A model generated the notes under the pieces. The model was given only the letters and a program-made list of their open reading frames with translations, was not told the origin of the DNA and searched no databases. A stretch of 39,767 bases of DNA, taken from assembly GCA_039714075.1 (NCBI GenBank), contig JBDLKA010000024.1:1-39767 (forward strand). The letters are read 5' to 3'. Positions 33,494 to 39,767 of the stretch are shown piece after piece. The translations under genes and the position numbers were made by a program. The stretch's first letter is position 1; every line of letters begins with the position of its first letter. The stretch comes from Candidatus Krumholzibacteriota bacterium. GTDB lineage: Bacteria; Krumholzibacteriota; Krumholzibacteriia; LZORAL124-64-63.

Positions 33494-34438
33494 TCAACGA
33501 ATCAGGGTCATCCGGTTCGTGCTGACGTTGCGCCCCGCCTGAAGCCGGTAGATGTAGGTTCCCGAGGCCACGGGGCTGCCCCGGTCATCCTTTCCGTTCC
33601 AGACGACCGAACGCGTGCCCGCGTCCATGACCTCGCCGGCGACCAGGGTCCGGACCAATTTCCCCGATACGTCGTAGACCCGCAACTGCACCGGCAACCT
33701 GCTGCCCAGGTCGAAACTGATGTCGGTCTTGGGATTGAGCGGATTCGGACTGGCCTTCAGGCCCGACAGGCTGCTGGATCCATCGGCGTCTTCGTGGTAG
33801 TTGATATCCCCCCAGGTGCCCACCCCGGGGATGATGGCCTTCTGGAGTTCAAAAACCCGGGAGTTTTCCAGGGCGAACATCACCAGGCCGCAGTGGGGAT
33901 TGTACCAGTAGGTTTCGGTTTCCGTACTCCCGTCGGGGTAAACCACCGACATAAAAACACGGTGGCAGTCGAAAACCCCCGCGGGGCAGGTGATGGCCTT
34001 GGTGTCGAGCACGGCGAAAACGTAGTGGACCATGTTTTCGGGATCGCCGCAGCAGGGGACTTCAGGCCTGGAATCGGTCCAGGTATCTCCGACAGTCAAG
34101 GGTGATTTGACGTACCGGATGGGAGTATCAATGAAATACTCTTCCATGGTGCCGTAATAGAGGATATTGCCGTTGACGTCCTTGGTGAACAGGAGCTGTT
34201 CCGATTCAATAACAGTACCGTTGAGAATAATATCCCTTTCCAGGATGGTGGCGCCCATGAAGGCTCCCTGGACCAGGGTATGCATGCGCAAGGTCGCCAG
34301 TTTCCCGGCTCCCTCGGATTTGAACCATTTTTCCGTTTGCTGTGCAATGGCCAGATAGTTGGGCACCGTTGTGGCCCAGGCAGCCGATGCCAACAGGATA
34401 AGGGACAGGCCAATGAATGTGATTCGTGCGGCTTTCAT
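33494..34438 (-). CDS. Secreted protein with beta-sheet N-domain and C-terminal FlgD-Ig/T9SS-like domain
   Basis: Signal peptide; PLTVGDTW...ITCPAGVFDC...YWY...GLV (DUF3108-like pattern); SPNPLNP...YDVSG.LVRTL...WNGKD...SGTY...MTLIR; GGAGGA RBS. Confidence 0.85.
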   Translation of the reverse strand: MKAARITFIGLSLILLASAAWATTVPNYLAIAQQTEKWFKSEGAGKLATLRMHTLVQGAFMGATILERDIILNGTVIESEQLLFTKDVNGNILYYGTMEEYFIDTPIRYVKSPLTVGDTWTDSRPEVPCCGDPENMVHYVFAVLDTKAITCPAGVFDCHRVFMSVVYPDGSTETETYWYNPHCGLVMFALENSRVFELQKAIIPGVGTWGDINYHEDADGSSSLSGLKASPNPLNPKTDISFDLGSRLPVQLRVYDVSGKLVRTLVAGEVMDAGTRSVVWNGKDDRGSPVASGTYIYRLQAGRNVSTNRMTLIR

Positions 34439-34718
34439 GATTTTCCTCCTCGTTTTCCCCCATGGCGGACTGGTTTTTGGGCGGGGATCAAAGGCGAGAA
34501 ATAAATTCTGATATGCGGTGCAGGATGCGGGTCAATGGGGGGGGATCGACACACCAACTACAATCGAACCTCCGATTCGTTCGAAAGAAAATTGAGCCGT
34601 CGCCCATCGGGGACCCGGGGATTTTCCCGCTCCAAAGTGGTGCCGTTCAATCCTGTTTCATATACTGTTTCTTCTACTGATCATACGATTTCCCCTTCCC
34701 CAGGGAGCTCCCGGATCC

Positions 34719-36647
34719 ATGAATGAAAAACTCAGGCAGCTCGAAGCCCGCCTCCAGGAACTGGGCCCCGAGGACACCCCTTCCACCGAACGGGTGGACC
34801 TGCTGCTGGAACTGGCCGAGGAACATTTTTCCGGTGACGACCCCCGGCGCCTGATCGAATTGACCAACGAAGCCCTCGAGCTTTCCCGGCACCTGGACTA
34901 TTCCAAAGGACAGGCCTACGGGTTGTGGTATCAGAGCCTGGGCTGCTGTTTCACCGCCGATCATGAACAAGGGCTCCAGCATGTGGACGAATCCCGGTCC
35001 CAGCTCGAAGAGATGGGCGACGATTTCGGCATCGCCAAGGCCCTCATGCTGAAGGCCAACATCCTGCGCAGCATCGGTGATTTCGACCAGGCGCTGCCGC
35101 CCATGTACGAGTCCCTGGAATATTTCCGCCAGGCCGGCCGCCCCTTCTGGGAAGCCCATACCCTCTATTCGCTGGGCCTGCTGTACCAGGAGATCAAGGA
35201 TTTCGACCAGGCCCTGGAAAATCATCAAAAATGTATCGAGGTGATGGAAGGCCACCCCGAGAAGTGGCTGGTGGCGCGGGCCCTCAACGGGTTGGGACAG
35301 GCCCAGGACAGTAGGGGGGAAAACGAGGAAGCCCTCGACTCGCACCACGCCAGCCTGGCCCTGTTCCGTGATATTGGACACGCCATGGGCGAAGCGCGCG
35401 TCCTGGACAACATCGGGTCGATCTGCATGGAGATGGACGATGACGACCTGGCCCTGGCTTTCCACGTCAAGAGCCTGGAACTCCGGCGTGAGATCGGCCA
35501 GCGCCGCGCCCAGTGCACGAGCCTGCTGAATATCGCCCGGATCCAGGTGCGCAAACGGGACCACCGCGCCGCGATCACCACCCTGGACGAAGCCTTCGCC
35601 ATCGCCGAAGAGACCGGCTCCAAACAGCACGTCTACGACGCACACCTCCTCTATTCCGAAGCCTTCGAACAGCGTGGGGATTTTGCCAAGGCGCTGCACC
35701 ACTCCCGCGAATTCCAGCGGGCCCGCGAAGAGGTGTTCAACGAGAACACCGCCGACCGGATCCAGAAGCTGCAGATCGGCTTCAAGGTGCAGAAGGCCGA
35801 GCAGGATGCCGAAATGGCCCATTTCAAGAACGTCGAGCTGCGGGAAAAGAACGACCGTCTGGAAGCGCTGCTCCAGGAATTGCAGGACACCCAGTCGCAG
35901 CTGGTGCAGTCGGAAAAGATGGCGGCCCTCGGCAAGCTGGTCGCCGGCATGGTCCACGAGATGAACACGCCGATCGGGGCCAGCAACAGCGCCATCGACG
36001 TCACCGAGCGCTGCATCGGGAAAATCACCGACCTGCAGCGGGCGCCGGGTGCGGGCGACGGCCGGGGCGACGGGTCGCGCCTGGATTTCCTGCTCGAAAA
36101 CCTGAGGAAGAACCAGCAGATCAACCGTGACGCCAACGGGCGGATCACGTCCATCCTGGAAAACCTGAAAAAGTTTATCAGCCTGGACGGGGGCCAAAGG
36201 GAAAGCGTGGACATCCACGAGGGTCTGGACAGTGCGATCGCCCTGCTGGACAGGGAGCTCGACGGCCGGATCGAGATCGTCCGGGAGTACGGCGACCTCC
36301 AACCGGTCACCTGCTGCCCCGGCGAGATCAACCAGGTGTTCATGAGCCTGCTGACCAATGCGGTGGAGGCGATCGCAGGCGACGGCGTCATCACGATCAC
36401 CACCAGCTCCGGCGACGGGGAATTCCGGGTCGCCATTACCGACACGGGCACCGGCATGACCGCCGAAGTTCAAAAGCACCTTTTCGATCCCGCCTTCAGC
36501 ACCAAGGGGACGCGCGTCAAGGCGGGCCTGGGGCTGCTGGTCAGTTCGAACATCGTGCAGAAGCACGGGGGGCGGATCGAGGTAAAGAGCAAGGTGGGTG
36601 AAGGGTCGACTTTTACCGTGGTCGGGGCCTGTGCGGCGGCCAACTGA
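34719..36647 (+). CDS. Cytoplasmic sensor histidine kinase with N-terminal TPR repeats
   Basis: TPR array; QLVQSEKMAALG, H-box HEMNTP, N-box NQVF..LLTNA, DTGTG, FDPAFSTK, GLGL; no TM segment. Confidence 0.92.
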   Translation: MNEKLRQLEARLQELGPEDTPSTERVDLLLELAEEHFSGDDPRRLIELTNEALELSRHLDYSKGQAYGLWYQSLGCCFTADHEQGLQHVDESRSQLEEMGDDFGIAKALMLKANILRSIGDFDQALPPMYESLEYFRQAGRPFWEAHTLYSLGLLYQEIKDFDQALENHQKCIEVMEGHPEKWLVARALNGLGQAQDSRGENEEALDSHHASLALFRDIGHAMGEARVLDNIGSICMEMDDDDLALAFHVKSLELRREIGQRRAQCTSLLNIARIQVRKRDHRAAITTLDEAFAIAEETGSKQHVYDAHLLYSEAFEQRGDFAKALHHSREFQRAREEVFNENTADRIQKLQIGFKVQKAEQDAEMAHFKNVELREKNDRLEALLQELQDTQSQLVQSEKMAALGKLVAGMVHEMNTPIGASNSAIDVTERCIGKITDLQRAPGAGDGRGDGSRLDFLLENLRKNQQINRDANGRITSILENLKKFISLDGGQRESVDIHEGLDSAIALLDRELDGRIEIVREYGDLQPVTCCPGEINQVFMSLLTNAVEAIAGDGVITITTSSGDGEFRVAITDTGTGMTAEVQKHLFDPAFSTKGTRVKAGLGLLVSSNIVQKHGGRIEVKSKVGEGSTFTVVGACAAAN

Positions 36648-36676
36648 TTGCTTCGTCTTTCAGGAATTGGTATCAT
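36648..36676 (+). promoter_or_regulatory. Putative sigma70 promoter
   Basis: TTGCTT-17 nt-TATCAT with extended -10 TG. Confidence 0.55.
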
Positions 36677-36721
36677 AATTTCAATGCTGAAATTTTTCGT
36701 AATGACTGAAAGGGGGACGCC

Positions 36722-37369
36722 ATGTCTCCTGTAAAGCCCTTTGTCCGGCTATTGACCGTCTTTTCAATGTCCATCATGGTCGCCCAACCCGGTTTCGGAA
36801 TGCCCGGTATTCCGGACCCGGACCGATCGGAAGCCTTCATCGCCTTTCCCGGACCAGGGGAAGCCACCTTGATGGTTGTTCCGGACGGAAGCGGACCGCT
36901 CTTCACCGAAGCCCGTGACCCCGCGGGCAATGTCACCGACGCCACCATCACCCTCTACGTGCGGGATGACCTGGGTATCCCCCTGGCGAATATTCCTCCC
37001 GAGGACATCTGGCTCGAATCATCCGACTTGGGCATGGTACCCTGCATCGGCGGGAATACGCCCGACCACGACACGGACGCCGACGGCATGACCCGCTGGG
37101 TTAATGCCCCGTTCGCGACCGGGACCAGCGAGGCCCCGGCTATCGTGCGGATCAATGGGTATCGCCTGACCAGCAACGACGGGCTGCCGCTGAAATTCAA
37201 CAGCCCGGACATCAGCTCTGACGGAATCGTCAACCTGACGGACGTTGCGATCCTGACCCAGGACTATTTCGGCGGTTACTCCTTCAGATGCGATTTCAAC
37301 TTTGACGGAGACCTGGACCTTTCGGATGTCGCCGTATTCGCACGGCATTTCGGAGCCCGGTGCCCTTGA
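36722..37369 (+). CDS. Secreted hypothetical protein with C-terminal duplicated Ca-binding (dockerin-like) repeat
   Basis: Signal-like N-terminus; DISSDGIVNLTD and DFNFDGDLDLSD loops, each followed by a helix. Confidence 0.8.
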   Translation: MSPVKPFVRLLTVFSMSIMVAQPGFGMPGIPDPDRSEAFIAFPGPGEATLMVVPDGSGPLFTEARDPAGNVTDATITLYVRDDLGIPLANIPPEDIWLESSDLGMVPCIGGNTPDHDTDADGMTRWVNAPFATGTSEAPAIVRINGYRLTSNDGLPLKFNSPDISSDGIVNLTDVAILTQDYFGGYSFRCDFNFDGDLDLSDVAVFARHFGARCP

Positions 37370-37382
37370 CAGGCGGTTGACG

Positions 37383-38498
37383 ATGATTACAGGGAACCAT
37401 TGTTCCGTAGTGGTATGTGCCGCCATCCTGACTCTCTGTTTTTCATTCTCTTCGGCGGCAGAGGGTCCCGACGCCGGACTGCAGGTGGTCCTGGATGATT
37501 TCCACGCCGCGAATCCCGCCGCGCCGGGAATCGTGGTTCATGTGGAAAGCCCATCCCGAGGTCTGGACTGGACCGCCGCAGTGGGTACCGCAGCCAAAAA
37601 TCCCGGCGGCGACCTGACGGCCGCTCATACCTTCCGCATCGCCAGCAACACCAAGACCTACGTGGCCGCCGCGGTCCTGCGGCTGGCCGAAACCGGCCGG
37701 CTGTCCCTGGATGATTCCCTGGACCGGCATCTTTCCCCCGACCAGAGGGCACTACTGGACGGCGACGTTTACGACCTTGAAGCCATGACCATCGGTCAGG
37801 TCCTGTGCCACACCAGCGGCCTGTTCGATCATCCGGCCGATCCCCGTTATGAACAGGCCGTTCTGGCGGATCCTCATCACGGCTGGACCCGGCTCGAGCA
37901 GATCACCAGGTGCGTGGAGTGGGGTGATCCGGTGGGCGCTCCGGGGGAAAAATTCTCCTATTCGGATACCGGGTACATCATCCTGGGCGGAATCATCGAA
38001 CGGAAGACGGGTCGGAATCTCGGGGCGGCGGTGCGCGACCTGCTCGGCTTCGAGGAGCTGGGGTTGGACACAACCTGGTGGGAAATCCTGGAAGAACAGC
38101 CGGCCGCGGCCGGCCCGCGCGCGCATCAATTCTACGGCGATCTGGACACCTTCGACTGGAACCCCAGCCTGGATCTCTATGGCGGCGGGGGGTTGGTCTG
38201 CGATGTCCGTGACCTGGCGGTGTTCATGCGGCTGCTTCTTCAGGGGAAGGTCCTGCAGCAGGATTCATCACTGGCTGCCATGACCGGAGGCGGAACGGCC
38301 GAATACCGACTGGGACTTTCCGCCACGGATTTCGGGGATCACCTGGGTTGGGGACATACGGGTTTCTGGAACACTTTCGTTTTCCACGTGCCGGCGTTGG
38401 ACCTGACCGTGTCCGGGTGCATCCTCAACCATCATGCGGAAAAAGGGCGGGAGTTGGCGCGCAGGCTGGTCGAAGCCGTGGCGACCGGATCACAATAG
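37383..38498 (+). CDS. Secreted serine hydrolase, beta-lactamase/D-Ala-D-Ala peptidase (S12) family
   Basis: FRIASNTK (SxxK), HTSG, YSD (YxN variant), WGHTG; start ATG 37383. Confidence 0.9.
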   Translation: MITGNHCSVVVCAAILTLCFSFSSAAEGPDAGLQVVLDDFHAANPAAPGIVVHVESPSRGLDWTAAVGTAAKNPGGDLTAAHTFRIASNTKTYVAAAVLRLAETGRLSLDDSLDRHLSPDQRALLDGDVYDLEAMTIGQVLCHTSGLFDHPADPRYEQAVLADPHHGWTRLEQITRCVEWGDPVGAPGEKFSYSDTGYIILGGIIERKTGRNLGAAVRDLLGFEELGLDTTWWEILEEQPAAAGPRAHQFYGDLDTFDWNPSLDLYGGGGLVCDVRDLAVFMRLLLQGKVLQQDSSLAAMTGGGTAEYRLGLSATDFGDHLGWGHTGFWNTFVFHVPALDLTVSGCILNHHAEKGRELARRLVEAVATGSQ

Positions 38499-38541
38499 AA
38501 TTGCGTTACAGGCTCATGGAAAACTCCAACGGCCCGGTAAC

Positions 38542-38570
38542 TTTCCAAACAAACGAATTTTTGGTATCAT
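38542..38570 (+). promoter_or_regulatory. Putative sigma70 promoter
   Basis: TTTCCA-17 nt-TATCAT with extended -10 TG. Confidence 0.45.
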
Positions 38571-38603
38571 CAGGGCGGTGACGATAACTGGGGGTCTATA
38601 ATC

Positions 38604-39767
38604 ATGAATACAATGCTGCGTGTTTCAACAACCATCATCCTTTTCATTTCCTTGACCCAGAGCGTGCTGGCGGAAAGCTGCAGGGATTATCTGCCTCCCC
38701 CCGAGACTTCCTATGGGTATTCTCTGGGCGGCGGTCATTACCACGCCATCGCCTCCCGCGGCAGCTACGCCTATGCCTGCATCAAGGACTCCGACCCCAA
38801 TCCGAAAATCGTGTGTTACGGGTTGGGTCCCAACATCAGCCAGGCCCCAACCATACAGGATTGGCTCACCCTGCCGGCCACGGCCAGCCGGATCGTGCTG
38901 GTGAACGATCACGCCATCCTGGCCCTGGGGTACTCGGGACTGGGTGTGGTCGACATATCCACACCGAACCAATTGCCCAGCCTGTCACTGACCGCCACAA
39001 CCGATGTCTGCAAGGATGCGGCCCTCCTGGGAACCACCCATTTGGTGACCGCGGAATGGAGCGCGCTCCGGGTCTATGGCCTGCAGGATCCGACCGCTCC
39101 CGTGGAAATCGCTGCGGCCACCCTGTCGCAGGCCCGGTCCGTCGCCGTCGCCGGGGATCTTGCCTTCGTGGCGTGCGGCAGCCTGGGCCTGGCCATCGTG
39201 GACGTTTCCAACCCGGTCATGCCGTCACTGGTGATACAGTTCCCGGTCGGAGGATTCGTGGACCAGGTCGCGGTGGAGGGGGATCGGGTCTATCTGACCG
39301 GATACCTCGTCGGTCTGGTCACCGTGGATGTGACCACGCCCTCGTCGCCTTCGGTGGTGGGGACACTTCCCCTGACGGGCGAAGCCGAAGCCATTGTGAT
39401 CCGTGGCGGATACGCCTACCTCTCGGTCGGCGAAGCCATCGAGATGTCTCCAGGATCACCGTATTTTGACGGCATGGCCTTGGTCCGTCTGAACAATCCC
39501 GGCTCGCCGATGATGGTGGACTATTATTTCCCGACTCAAAACTATTCCGCCATCGGCCTGGGAGACGATCGGGTTTTGCTGGGTGAATTCGAGGCTGTTT
39601 CTCACTTGAACATGGCCCCACTGCAGTGTCCTGAAGTAAGCGACGTTCCGGGACCGATCCCCACGGATCTCTCCCTTTCCGACCCCTGGCCGAATCCCTT
39701 CAACCCCCGGGTCAGCGTCCGGTTCGACCTTCCCGAGGGTCGGCCCGGACGGCTTGTCGTCCATGAC
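38604..39767 (+). CDS. Secreted LVIVD-repeat beta-propeller protein with C-terminal FlgD-Ig/T9SS-like domain (runs off the window)
   Basis: Translated by hand (absent from the ORF track): MNTMLRVSTTIILFISLTQSVLA signal peptide; GLGVVDISTP, GLAIVDVSNP and GLVTVDVTTP repeats; PWPNPFNPRVSVRFDL at the end; open to the window edge. Confidence 0.87.
   Translation, partial: MNTMLRVSTTIILFISLTQSVLAESCRDYLPPPETSYGYSLGGGHYHAIASRGSYAYACIKDSDPNPKIVCYGLGPNISQAPTIQDWLTLPATASRIVLVNDHAILALGYSGLGVVDISTPNQLPSLSLTATTDVCKDAALLGTTHLVTAEWSALRVYGLQDPTAPVEIAAATLSQARSVAVAGDLAFVACGSLGLAIVDVSNPVMPSLVIQFPVGGFVDQVAVEGDRVYLTGYLVGLVTVDVTTPSSPSVVGTLPLTGEAEAIVIRGGYAYLSVGEAIEMSPGSPYFDGMALVRLNNPGSPMMVDYYFPTQNYSAIGLGDDRVLLGEFEAVSHLNMAPLQCPEVSDVPGPIPTDLSLSDPWPNPFNPRVSVRFDLPEGRPGRLVVHD

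Noticed and set aside
37383..38498. Antibiotic-resistance beta-lactamase
   Set aside because: SxxK, YSD and HTG fit the broad S12 serine hydrolase family; nothing specifically supports class C beta-lactamase activity. The same caution applies to the MBL-fold gene at 15516-16421.

Overview
This is a GC-rich (visually about 60-65%) bacterial chromosomal window with 33 supportable CDS and no rRNA, tRNA, CRISPR array, integrase or transposase that I can recognise. Five secreted proteins end in a FlgD-Ig/'PNP(F/L)NP' C-terminal domain, one ends in a 'WGxxKxxWR' tail and one in a dockerin-like tail. This points to an FCB-superphylum candidate lineage such as Krumholzibacteriota or Latescibacterota (inference). 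The strongest candidate system is a tightly coupled four-gene operon (4188-7885, - strand) encoding a non-pyrrolysine MttB-family methyltransferase, a MetH-type SAM reactivation domain, a corrinoid protein and a homocysteine S-methyltransferase. It resembles a split B12 methionine synthase whose folate module is replaced by an amine demethylase. Also notable are: an HNH endonuclease ORF bracketed by a 10-bp direct repeat, with an SOS-like motif in its promoter; an S8 protease with six PKD domains carrying alternating cysteines; an S8 protease with no sorting domain, paired with an upstream CTD-bearing protein; a highly structured leader of about 175 nt on an RRM gene; a BldC/Xis-like HTH gene with 10-bp-phased repeats; and candidate FNR-like and ECF-type promoters. 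All family calls come from motif recognition by eye; no database search was run.
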